A DNA stretch of 64,000 bases from assembly GCA_030390025.1 (NCBI GenBank), contig CM059432.1, forward strand, positions 13,640,001-13,704,000. Direction: 5' to 3'. The translations under genes were made by a program, and so were the position numbers. Source of the stretch: Squalus acanthias (lineage: Eukaryota). A model generated the notes under the pieces. It was given only the letters and a program-made list of their open reading frames with translations. It had not been told where the DNA came from and did not search any database. The stretch's first letter is position 1. Each line of letters opens with the position of its first letter. Positions 24,339-35,639 of the stretch are shown piece by piece.

Positions 24339-25534
24339 TACGGAGGTGGCCTAACCGAAAGATGAGGTGCTGTTCCTTGAGCTTACGTGAGCTTTGTTGG
24401 AACAGTGTAGGAGATCGAGGAAGGAGAGGTCAGAGTGGGAGTGGAGCGGAGAATTAAAGTGACAGGTGACAGTGACAGCTTGGGGTCACGCTTGCAGACT
24501 GAACGGAAGGTGTTCCGCAAAGTGGTCACCCAATCTGTGTTTGGTCTCCCCAATGTAGAGGAGACTGCATCGTGAGCAGCGAATACAGTATACTAAATTG
24601 AAAGAAGTACAAATAAATCGCTGTTTCACCTGGAAGGAGTGTTTGGGGTCCTGGACGGTGGGAAGGGAGGAGGTAAAAGGGCAGGTGTTGCATCTCCTGT
24701 GCTTGCACGGGAAGGTGAGGGGTGTTGAGGGAGATTGAGGAGTGGACCAGGGTGTCGGGGAGGGAGCGGTCCCTTCGGAATGCTGAAAGGGGAAGGGAGG
24801 GGAAGATGTGTTTGGTGGTGGGATCACGCTGGAGGTGGTGGAAATGGCGGAGGATGATCCATTGAATGTGGAGGCTGGTGGGGTGGAAGGTGAGGACAAG
24901 GGGAACCCTATCGTGGTTCTGGGATGGAGCGGAAGGGGGGAGAGCAGAAGTGTGGGAAATGGAACAGACTCGGTTGAGGGCCGTGTCAACCACGTTAGAG
25001 GGGAACCTTCGGTTGAGGAAAAAGGAAGACATATTGGAAGCACTGGTATGGAAGGTGGCAACGTCAGAACAGATGCAATGGAGAAACTGGGAGAATGGAA
25101 TAGAGTCCTTACAGAAAGCAGTGTGGGTGGAAGTGTAGTTAAACTAGCTGTGGGAGTCAGTGGGCTTATAGTGGATGTTGACCGATAGCCTATCCTCAGA
25201 AATAGAGAGAGAGAAGTCGAGGAAGGGAAGAGTCGGAGATGGACCATGTGAAGGTGGGGGAAGGGTGGAAATTGGAAGCAAAGTTGATGACATTTTCCAG
25301 TTCAGGGCGAGAGCAGGAAACGGCACTGATACAGTCATCAATGTACTGGAAAAAGAGGTGAGGGAGGGGACTTGAGTAGGACTGGAACAAAGAATGTTGT
25401 ACATCTCCCACGAAAAGGCAGGCATAGCTGGGACCCATGCGGGTTCCCACAGCAACACCTTTTATTTGGAGGAAATGAGTGGAGTCAAAGGAGAAGTTGT
25501 TCAATGTGAGAACAAGTTCAACCAGGCGGAGGAG

Positions 25535-25622
25535 TCCACGGATGCTGCCTGGCCTGCTGAGTATTTCCAGCATTTTCTGTTGTTATTTCAGATTTCCAGC
25601 ATCGGCAGTATTTTGCTATTGT
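25535..25622 (+). mobile_element. Penelope terminal fragment inserted in opposite orientation into the Penelope RT
   Basis: ccacggatgctgcctggcctgctgagtatttccagc...ttttgctattgt breaks the RT sequence, which resumes after it; no clear TSD. Confidence 0.75.
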
Positions 25623-25949
25623 ATGTGGTGGTGGATGGGAATTGGTTGAGCCTCTGTCCAAGGAAGAAGCGGAGCGCCCTCAAGCTGTCCTGGTGGGGGA
25701 TGGAGGTGTAGCGGGATTAGATGTCCATGGTGAAAAGGAGACGGTTAGGGCCAGGAAAACTGGAAACTGTTAGTGCGGAGGGTGTCGGTAGGTTGGCTTA
25801 TGTTCACTTTGAAGTTTGTTGTGTTAAAGGATAATGTGCATTTATGTTGTGTTTTGTTCATGGAGATTATAGTCATACAGGAATGGGTGCATTTATTATG
25901 TGTAGCCTTATTCAATTAGGTGATTAATATTGTCATGATCATGTCGTGG

Positions 25950-26250
25950 CAAAGAGGTCTTTGTGCTGTAATGTTTTAGGACGGGTAGAGCATTGAAGGA
26001 CTTGTCCGTTATTTGAAGGTGGGGTAGAAGGAGTTCAGGCTGTGATAACAAAGATAGATGAAATACTTCCGTCATCAGTTGCGCTCTGATACCTCTTGCA
26101 GCAGTCACCGAGGAGTCCTGAGTGATAGTCATCCTGATACTCTCCTCCATGTAGTTCTGCCTCCAAAGTAACAAGGGAATTGAACCGCACAGACCTGTGG
26201 AAAATACTTATCTCTGGATAACCCACACATATTTAATTTTAAGTATTAAC
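25950..26250 (-). mobile_element. Degenerate Harbinger transposase C-terminal remnant
   Basis: AARGIRAQLMTEVF resembles the C-terminal helix of Harbinger/HARBI1-type transposases. Confidence 0.4.
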
Positions 26251-26839
26251 AGTTTGTGGAATATCACAGCTCACAGTTTATTTCAGACTGATACAATGAA
26301 GGTTAAGTGTTTCATCCTAGGTCCATTAGCCATAATGGACCCCATTCATTTTGAGAACAGCAGTCTCCACACACAAGCGAGAAAATGTAGCCTGTTTTTA
26401 TTGACATGACCTACTAGTGAATTCCTAAAAGGGAGGAAGTCAGTGTCATAGCCCTTCCTCTGGCTGGGAACACATAGAAAAAGACAAAGGGACAGAGGCA
26501 GTCTGGTTTTAAACAGGAGACACCAAGGTGTTGGCCTGGGGCTCAGAGCTGGAAGCTAAGATGTAGAGGTCAGTTTTTGCAGTTAGAAGTTGTCTAGAAA
26601 GAAAAGTAATGCCAAAAACTAGCAAGTCGTAACACAGAAGGAACATGGTGCATGGTTTATTATTTTTTCCCTTATTTTTGAGAGGAGAAGTGAGATAGAG
26701 CTAAGTAAGTGGAATTTCCTTCGATTGTTACTGTGTATTATATATCGGAATTACAATGGAAACAGGATGTTCACTCCAACCTTTCTGTGTTGACAATTTA
26801 TCCTCGATTTGAGAGCAGTAATCCTAATCTCAGGTGTTT

Positions 26840-27245
26840 AGCCTGCTCTCATATCCCTTTATTTCCCTTTCCTTTAACCACCTATCTAACTTATTGTTAA
26901 ATGTTGACATGGCCTCTGTTTCAATCACTAACTCTGGTAATGCATTCCACAGCCTCACAGCCCTCTGTGCAAAATAAGTTTCTCCTGCTCTCTCTTATAA
27001 TCCCTTGCGTTTAATCTTGTATCTATGTCCCTTCATTCTAGACCCCTCACTCACTGGAAACAGTCTGCTTATATCTACTCTGGCCCAGCCTTTCTGAATT
27101 TTAAACAACCCTATCAAATCACTCCATAATCTCCTCTTCTAACAAAAATCACCTCAATTTTTCCAAGTCTTCCATCATATCTGCAGTTCCTCATACCAAG
27201 CACCATCCTAGTGAATCTGTGCTGTTCCCTCTCCATTTCCTCAAT
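26840..27245 (-). mobile_element. Old CR1 3' fragment
   Basis: Decayed RFTRM...GH-type CR1 3' ORF2 sequence. Confidence 0.6.
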
Positions 27246-27454
27246 ATTTTATTCATTTGTTTTCTGTTTCATAAAACAGATTAACAATTTGTTACTGGCC
27301 TCGTCTCACCAAGTATTTCTCAGTCCGCCTTAGAAAAAAGTGGAGACGTACACACAAAGGCATCTGAGAAAGACACAATATCCGATTCAGATCACAAGTG
27401 GGTCCTATTGTTACACCCCCGGGTTATGCTATCATATAATTAAATATTGGGCAG

Positions 27455-27837
27455 CAGTGGTATAGGTGGGCAGGTGGATGTGTTTAGGGTGTTCAAACAT
27501 CCCTAAATTTTTTATGATTTTTATTATCAGACCACTCCTTTCAAAAGAATGTGCCTTGGATCACTTGCTGCACTTCAACCAGTGAAAAACAATTAATTAG
27601 GCTCATATTTTAAACATTCACCAGGATATTGCAGCGAATAGTAACTAGCTAAATGATAGACTAGTGACACATAACCAGTGCTTGGACTTTGTGCTTTAGA
27701 ATTTTTGTCCAACTGTTAAATTAATAGAAGTAATAATGTTCCTATTTGAAAAATAAATATTTTGAAGTAGTTTTGTTTGGTCTGGGAAGTTCATATCCAA
27801 ACACCCCCCCCGAAAAAAAATCCTGCCTCCGCTAATG
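27455..27837. mobile_element. hAT-type MITE (old)
   Basis: Imperfect TIRs cagtggtatagg / cctccgctaatg; 8-bp TSD ttgggcag (27447-54) and ttgggcaa (27838-45). Confidence 0.65.
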
Positions 27838-28196
27838 TTGGGCAACATGTGTACACTCTATTCAAAGTAAGACACTTGGTCTGATTACAGGAGTGGACAA
27901 CACCACTGAACTCGAGAGAATATTTGAGGCAGATATGAAACTTGTAGCACATTGTAACAATAGCACTATATATGATGAATCCCTACAGAGGAAGAAAATG
28001 AGCTAGATGCATGGGACGTGTGGAAGATGCTTTAATCATACAAGGACTCCACAAGGCAATGTTGCTTTCTTCTTTATTCAGCAATCTTCACATATGACAA
28101 GAGGCTGGCCCACTCGTACCAAGAAGGAAGAGAATAACCCTCTTGGTCTCAATAAAACACATGGGGGTAGAAATTAGTCTGGGCCCATTTTACATT

Positions 28197-28680
28197 GGAT
28201 TACATACATAGAGTATACGGCACAGAAACAGGCCTCGCCCCAACCAGTCCATGTCGGCGTTTATGCTCCACTTGAGCCTCCTCCAGTCTTTCCTCATCTC
28301 TCAGTATAACCCTATATTCCCTTCTCCCTCGTATGCTTATCTAGTCTCCCCTTAAAATGCATCTATACTATTCGTTTCAACCACTCGCTGTGGTAGTGAG
28401 TTCTACATTCTCACCACTCTCTGGGTAAAGAAGTTTCTTCTGAATTCACTATTTGATTTCTTGGTGACTATCTTATATTGATGGCCTCTAGTTTTGCTCT
28501 TCCCCACAAGTGGAAACACTCTCTCTGTCTACTCTATCAAAACCTTTCATAATTTTAAAAACCTCTATTAGGTCACCCCTCAGCCTACCCTTTTCAAGAG
28601 GAAAGAGACCCAGCCTGTTCATCCTTTCCTGATAGGAATAATCTCACATTTCTGGTATCATCTTTGCAAATCTTTTTTCT
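28197..28680 (-). mobile_element. CR1 3' fragment
   Basis: CR1 tail plus the end of ORF2. Confidence 0.75.
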
Positions 28681-28789
28681 GCAGGAGCAGAGAGACCCGA
28701 GGGAAGCCCATATTTGGGCTTCGGCCACATCTAAATATTCCAGGCGAGCTGCTGGCGTCTGTCATGCCTCCGCAGGCAGCCCGCTCTTC

Positions 28790-29640
28790 TGCAGGGTTGA
28801 ATTTAGGACCGCTTGCCTTGCCAGGAGCAGCAGCCCTCAGGAAGTCCTGGGAGGGGCATTGGGGAGGATAGTGGGAGGGGGCAACGGCTGCTGCCAGAAG
28901 TACTGTGGATTGGATTCTAGAAAGGAGCACTCATTGCTCAATGAATGGAACCTTTGTTGGTGGCAATTCCTTCACAGATCTAGATTTTGCCCTATTGACC
29001 CTTGAAATCTTTGCAGAGGAAGCTGGTCCCTTGAGCTTGGATATCAACTCGAAGAAAACGAGACTCCAGCCGCTCAGCGACTTTCTCCAATGTCCATCTA
29101 GAGATTGCAGATGAGACTTTGGAATGCGTGGAGTGGTTTATGCATCTGGGATCATTGATCCACAAGTGCGCTGATGCACCAGGCAATGATGGACCTGGAC
29201 AAGAGGATATGGTCATCGCTTCTCCTGCTCCCAACAAAACTTCGCTTGTATAATACTTGCATCACTCCAATTCTCCTATATGCATTGGAGACTTGGATTG
29301 TCTCACATGCAGACCTGGAAAGAATTGATGCAGATCAGTGGTATCTTCCCAACACCTTCCACATTCGATTGTGTGACCATGTTACCAAGAATCAGGTCAG
29401 TAAGGTAACCTCCCCTAAGTATCACAGGATCAGGCACAAACCTGGCTCGACTGGTCATGTGAAAACTCCAGGGCACTCAGAAATTGTCCTCTGAAGAGTT
29501 GGAAATGCTCCCTGAAAGGCCAAGAAACACCTGGCTCGCAAATATTGCAGCTGCCCTCAAGTTCCAGAATATAGGGATCTTCTCTGCCATGAGGAGAGCG
29601 GAGAACTGAGAGAGATGAAGACGTATGATCTAGCAAGCAA
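28790..29640 (+). mobile_element. RTE-clade LINE remnant
   Basis: FTDLDFA and TKLRLYNTCITPILLYALETW, typical of the RTE RT C-terminal region. Confidence 0.7.
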
Positions 29641-30186
29641 CACTCTGAAGGAGTGTGCTACAATGACTGATGATTTATACAGAAATAGAACAGATTATTC
29701 CAGTTAAATACTCTGGAGATGCATCCAAATACTTAATTAGCTCTATTGATAACAGCTTCACATTGATTGATTTTATTCAATGCAATATCAGTAACAACAC
29801 CCAAATCCTTTTTTTTTCTACCTTTTCCATGAGTGCTTCACCATGTGCATATGCCATACTACCTGGTCCCTTAGAATGTTATCAATTAGCCTTACACCCA
29901 TCATCCAAAAGAACAATTTGGTGGTGCCAGAAAATGTTGTTTTACAGGAAAGTACCCTCCTCTATCTCATTTATGGATCGTGATCAGTGGGAAACCCAGA
30001 GAAAGACACCTTTGGAGCTCCACTACTCACTCTTATAGCCATAGTCAGTTCAATAAAGTTGCAAATCAGCTATCCCGTTTAATTAAAGACTAAATTATGT
30101 CATTATGATATGGGTAATCACATTCTCAAGATTGAAATGTAAACAACTTTGCTGGTTGGTAAAGAACCAACCTGCAGCATTATAAT

Positions 30187-30302
30187 GAGAAAAAAAGACT
30201 TGCATTTATATAGCGCCTTTCATGACCACCAGACGTCCCAAAGCGCTTTACAGGCACCAAAGTACTTTTTGAAGTGTAGTCACTGTTGTAATGTAGGAAA
30301 CA
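30187..30302 (-). mobile_element. Deu-domain SINE 3' fragment
   Basis: aaagacttgcatttatatagcgcctttca...gtaggaaac. Confidence 0.8.
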
Positions 30303-30906
30303 TTATTATAATAAAGGATCTCACCATAAACCTGCATTTTCTATGACTGCTTTAGGGTTTTCTTAAAATAGAAAGATTCTTTGAAAAGCAGCTGCTAACC
30401 ATCTTTAATTCACTTTGGGCCTTTTTCTGTACACACACTAGTGAATCTTCTGTGATGATGCTCATGATAAGCCTTTTATAAAAGGAAAGGTCCTTTATAC
30501 ATTGTGAATGCATTATACTGCTGCTAAACTCTAGATGTGTATCTCTTCAAGAATACGTGTAATTCTATTACATTCTTGAAATGAATGTCTGGGCCAGTTA
30601 TAGGCCAAGATTCATCTCCCGTAGGATTGCTCAGGTGAGTCAGACAGGAAAAATATACCATCTATAAATCCAGAGATCCACAGAAGGATGGAATCTCCAC
30701 CTACTGCTGTGCCTGCCACTAACTCTATCCCAAATCCCAGGGATGGAGTTATTTACATAATTGGAGCATGCTCATACTTGTAGCGGCACAAAAGAAACGG
30801 TCACCCCACAGAAGCAGCCAAATGTCTTGAGTGGCACCTGCCATGTTGATACGGGGAGCCCAAGGTCCATAGCAGGTCAAAAAAGGGCAGCAAATGTAAA
30901 GATTTT

Positions 30907-30980
30907 GTGAAACGTTAACTCTGTTTCTCTCTCCACAGATGCTGCCTGACCGGCTGAGTATTTCCAGCATTTTCTGTTCT
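30907..30980 (+). mobile_element. ~74-bp Penelope terminal mini-insertion
   Basis: gaaacgttaactctgtttctctctccacagatgctgcc...; flanked by taaagatttt at 30897-30906 and 30981-30990. Confidence 0.75.
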
Positions 30981-32009
30981 TAAAGATTTTTTTGGGGGTG
31001 CTTGATAGCACACGTAGAAATGGCAATCAATTCTCCTTGGATCAAATGCCATTTTGCTTTGCATACTCTGGCCCTACTCGAGGCCTGCATCTGCTCTCAG
31101 CAGACACAGATCCCAGTGGGCCTTTCAGGGGCACCTCAGGTGGAATTCCTGGGGAAACTCAGGAATACCCTGACATATCTCCAAACTGATGGGAGTGACA
31201 TAACAAAGGTGGGCAGATGTGCCTGTCCCTGGAGTGCAATTTTGTTGGTTTCAGTGAATGGAATGGAAAGCTGGCGGATCTGATTTTCACTCCAAATTAT
31301 GGTCCAAAAACCGCGCCCCTCCTGATTCAGAGAATTGCAGAGCTAATGTGTTATTCTTACACTACAACAACTTACATTTATATACACTAAAATGCAAGTG
31401 TCCATCCCTTTAATTAACAGAATTGCTGTTAAGTAAACAATGGATTCATATGGAGGTTAAAAGACAGCTGTTGGTAAATAAATTCCTGCAGATGCCAATT
31501 AAGAGACTGCAGATATCCTGAAATAAAAGCAGAAAATGCCGGAAACACTCAGCAGGTCTTAAATGGAAAATAGAAGGTGGTTAAATGGCTGAAAAGGTTA
31601 GATAGGTGGTTGAAGGAAAGTGGAATTAAGGGCAATGGGAACAGAGCAGGCACCTGGGATTAGGGCTACTGCTAGTGGAGGATAAACACCAACATGGACT
31701 GGTTGGGTCGAATGGCCTGTTACCATCTTGTAATTTCTATGCAAAACTTCTATATTTATTAGGTAGAGATTATGATTTACAGAGCAAAGTCCAACGCAAG
31801 AAAATATTTTTTGGCCCATCGAGCCTGTGAATGATTGTTCGATCATGGATGCTGGCTCCCCAAATTTAAGTGCAGTTAAAAATAGTGTTCTTCCTACTAA
31901 AAGAAATAGGAATTGGTTATCTCTAGCTCAAAAGCAGACAATGAAACAATTCCCATTCCACTTGCACGGCCATAGATACAACTCCATTTAATTAACATGA
32001 CCATTAAAA

Positions 32010-32015
32010 TTTATT
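32010..32015 (-). promoter_or_regulatory. Candidate distal polyadenylation signal AATAAA
   Basis: tttatt on the + strand at the edge of the AT-rich, repeat-poor block. Confidence 0.55.
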
Positions 32016-33607
32016 TAACAATATATTTACATGTATTTACATATTAATCAACAGGTAAATATTAAAATAAACAATGTACACTTTTAGAACTATAATTCAA
32101 AAAGCATTTGTGCTGAAAAAATAGGTTCTGCTGCAGATTTTTCTTCAGGGTGTGGGGAAAGAAGGGGAGAAGAACAGGACACAGAAGTGAACCTGGTAAT
32201 GCATGCATTGCATCGTAATTGTAATCTCGAACAGTTGCTGCAATGTAAAAAAAGCAAACCCAAACACATGCCCTAACAAACAAGATCAAACCACAGCACA
32301 CTACAATCAATATAAAACCAACTATCAATTGCAACTTTGGTCCATTGAAACATTAGACAATTAATGGGCTATACAATCAAAATAACTATATAATTTTCTT
32401 TATACATATTTTAAACAATATTGTTAAATACAATGTTATTTACATCTGCGCAATGATATGTATAAAATAACTTATTTAAAAAAAAAGACAAAATGATACA
32501 TCTGTGCAGAATTTCCCCCCACCCCAAAAAAACAAACATTCTGTACAGTATTTAAGATCGGAACAGATAATGGTGAAATGAAAAAAGATGGGACTAATTT
32601 TTTTTAAACTAATTTATCTATTCTTTTTAAAATTCAAATAAGTCTTATTCAGAGTACAGTGCTTGCCTCTTCATGGCAGTAAAACAATAAAAGCCCCAAG
32701 GTGTACTTTATTAGGGTACAACTGCTCGTTGGGAAATATAACAGAGCCTAGCTATAACGTGCTACTTGGGAGCCAGCCAAATAGCAGGTTACAGTGAGGA
32801 ACATGGTATAAGAATCATAGGGAGGTGAGGGAAGAGGGAAAAAGAGTGGAATAATATCAGCAGGTCTATTAAGTTGCTTTTATATTGCTTTAGTTCCCTG
32901 GTAATGCCACTGGCTCCTGACATGTAGGTCTTGTGCAGCTGGTGGCAGCATCAAAGCAAGCATATTGAATTCATTAAGGCCAATGACAGAGAACACTTTA
33001 AGATCGGGGTCTTCCCAGCTGCCAGCCTCATCAAACGCAGTAAATTACTTTGGTGCTGCCGCTGGCTGCACAAGACCTATGCATTGAGAACTGGTGGTTC
33101 TACTTCAGTGCTAAACCAATGTAAAGGCAGCTTTAAAGAACCCCAGTCTCTCTCTCAGCCACTTCATTCTCTTTGGTGGGAACAAAATGGCTAACAAGAC
33201 ATCAAGGCCACTCTTTCGTTAACCCATGCTGAGGTTTGTTTGAGCAGTATGGCAAGCTCTACGCTTTGGCTCAGTTTTTCCCCATCTTCTCAAGATTACC
33301 CAACTGAGAATGGTAAACTTGCATAGCTTCTCTAACCTGCCCCACCTTCCAACCAGAAGCTTGAGTCAAGATCAGAATTTGAACTTGTGCCATGCATTTA
33401 ATGGTCATATGTTCCAAACTTGTAGCTACTGGGATAATGTTTTATAAAACAGTGATACTGAACAAAGTGGCAGCAGCAGAGTAAGATGTTGAATAGTGCT
33501 GGGAGAATGTTTTGCTTTAAATCACAACGTTGTGCAACCATCGTTGCAAAGAGAATTGGTGTACTGAGCAAATAATGAACATCTATAGCAGAGCAGGTAG
33601 CTCAAGA

Positions 33608-33904
33608 AAGGAGAGTCCAACCTGTAGTCCTCAGGCTGCATGTGGCTCCTGAACCCTAGCAACTTAGTGCCATTTGTGTTTTTTGGTGGTTTGTGCCCCC
33701 TGAATTTTGAGAGCCTGGAAGTTTGGAAGGGATTGTTCTCACCAATGCTGTCTGACATGTAGATACATTCCAACACCTATCAGCAACTTGAGATGCAAGA
33801 AAATTAGTGAAAACACAAATTTAAACTTTCTTTGAGCTCCCTCACCAAAGGTTCCTTCACATGCACTGACTTGGCCCACAAAGACAAACACTTGGACACC
33901 CCTG
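33608..33904. mobile_element. hAT-Charlie-like MITE (old) in ANKRD12 3' UTR
   Basis: Ends aaggagagtccaa / ttggacacccctg (CAGGGGTGTCCAA-type TIR); flanking 8-mers gctcaaga / gtttaaga match at 6 of 8. Confidence 0.6.
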
Positions 33905-34733
33905 GTTTAAGAGACCGGGAAAGTTTTTTTTTTAAAGTAAGTTGATGAAAGGAGTCTGAAGTGCTCAAAACAATAAGGTGAATAATTTTAACAAAGTGCA
34001 AGCATGTAAACAGAGAAAGTTTTTAAATACCATTAATTTTTGAAACATTTACAAAACCGGCAAGTGCTTCTTAATGCAGTAGTTTGTTTTGAATGGAGAG
34101 AAATAGATACAGTAATGTAAAGTATGGTATTTTCTTTGAAATTAGATCGACAAATTTAGGTTCTTGTTAGAATGCTATCCAAAAACAGATCTCTATATTT
34201 GAAGATGAAAAGCCTATGGTATTAGGAGCCATTGTGTATTATAAATGAGGCAGCACTCGACCTGTGAGTGCTAAGGTGAGGTTCTACTGTACCATGAATT
34301 CCTTCTTGGGGACAGAGTATCACTTGTCTATGCCCCTATCACCTTGCAGCTGCCAGCGCTGCTGGTATGAACATAACGTAGCATATGCAGCAAATGCCCC
34401 CATCTTGTAAACTTTAAAGTACAGGCCGATATTAAGAGTGAATGATACCTATTTATCAGCTACGACTGTTATACTACTGAAATACAGTAGTGGTTTCTGG
34501 TAAACAGTGATGGGAAGTCACAGTGCGTTAGTGCTGAATCTCTCATCATTATGCAGGAATGGTACACTGCACCTTCGTTGCCACAAGCACCCGAACCCTC
34601 AATTCCTCACTTATCTTCAAAGTGCTCTGGAGCCAAATACACAAGCCTGTCTGTAACTGTCCTGTATCATTCAGCAGTGACTGTAACTAAATCATTTATG
34701 CACCTGCTTAAAACCTCCAAAACACATGCACAA

Positions 34734-34961
<228 letters not shown>

Positions 34962-35639
34962 TTAAAAGGCATCATTTAGAGTACTCAATTAACCAAAGTC
35001 TTTGGCCAAAACTTTATTTGAACACTGCATTTTCCAAATTTTTTACAATATGAAATGTTCTGGAAAGACATGATGATTATTTTAGTTTGGAACTTTGTTC
35101 AACTGTCATATCCTTAAATAAATTATCAAGCGTCTATAAATCCTCACTTGTCCCATTCTCTACATACAAACTTTCCCTCTAGACCCGTATTTCCAACATA
35201 TGTAGATATTTCGCGGTCTTTGTTTTTCAACATTGAGCACAATTGAGCAAGACCGCGTAAAAAGGAACCCGAACCGAACAGTTAAGGCTCAGTGGACAGT
35301 GGAGCTCCAATGGAACTTTTCAGTTTGCTGAGAACAAACACTCAGATGATTGATGGTGCTGCAGTAAGCTGCACTGAGGTTTTGTGCCACAGAGTGGTAG
35401 GAGGCAGGTCTCCATTATCCTCCAGAGTTCCAACCTCAACTATGCTGAACGGTAACCTATCAGAAATAGAGCCTTCTCCACAGGGAGGGAAGGAAGGAAA
35501 ACTGGAATGAGTCTCCAGGCTGTTTACAAAACTCCAAGTGGTCAGTTACACATCACATTACTCTAACTGTTCTGTAATTTCCAGGTTTATGTCTTACTCT
35601 TTCTTTCTTTGAATATTAGGATAACATTTACTATACTTG

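Larger units (their letters stand above)
23226..25787 (-). mobile_element. Penelope-like retroelement (RT fragment + GIY-YIG endonuclease + terminal repeat), degenerate and 5'-truncated
   Basis: FLQIKGVAVGTRMGPSYACLF...YIDDC (Penelope RT) and NLVYCIRCSRCSLLYIGETKHRLGDHFAEH (GIY-YIG); exact 14-bp TSD gtaggttggcttat at 23212-23225 and 25788-25801. Confidence 0.9.
31990..34733 (-). other. ANKRD12: Putative ANKRD12 3' UTR (~2.7 kb)
   Basis: AT-rich, nearly retroelement-free stretch after the stop; minus-strand AATAAA at 32015-32010 and 32712-32707. The end point is inferred. Confidence 0.6.

Noticed and set aside
30992..31020. GVLDSTR resembling the Harbinger GAIDCTH motif
   Set aside because: Too short and unsupported by neighbouring motifs.
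35292..35510. 72-aa ORF in unique-looking sequence in the last ANKRD12 intron
   Set aside because: No recognisable homology or convincing splice signals; conservation cannot be judged without an alignment.
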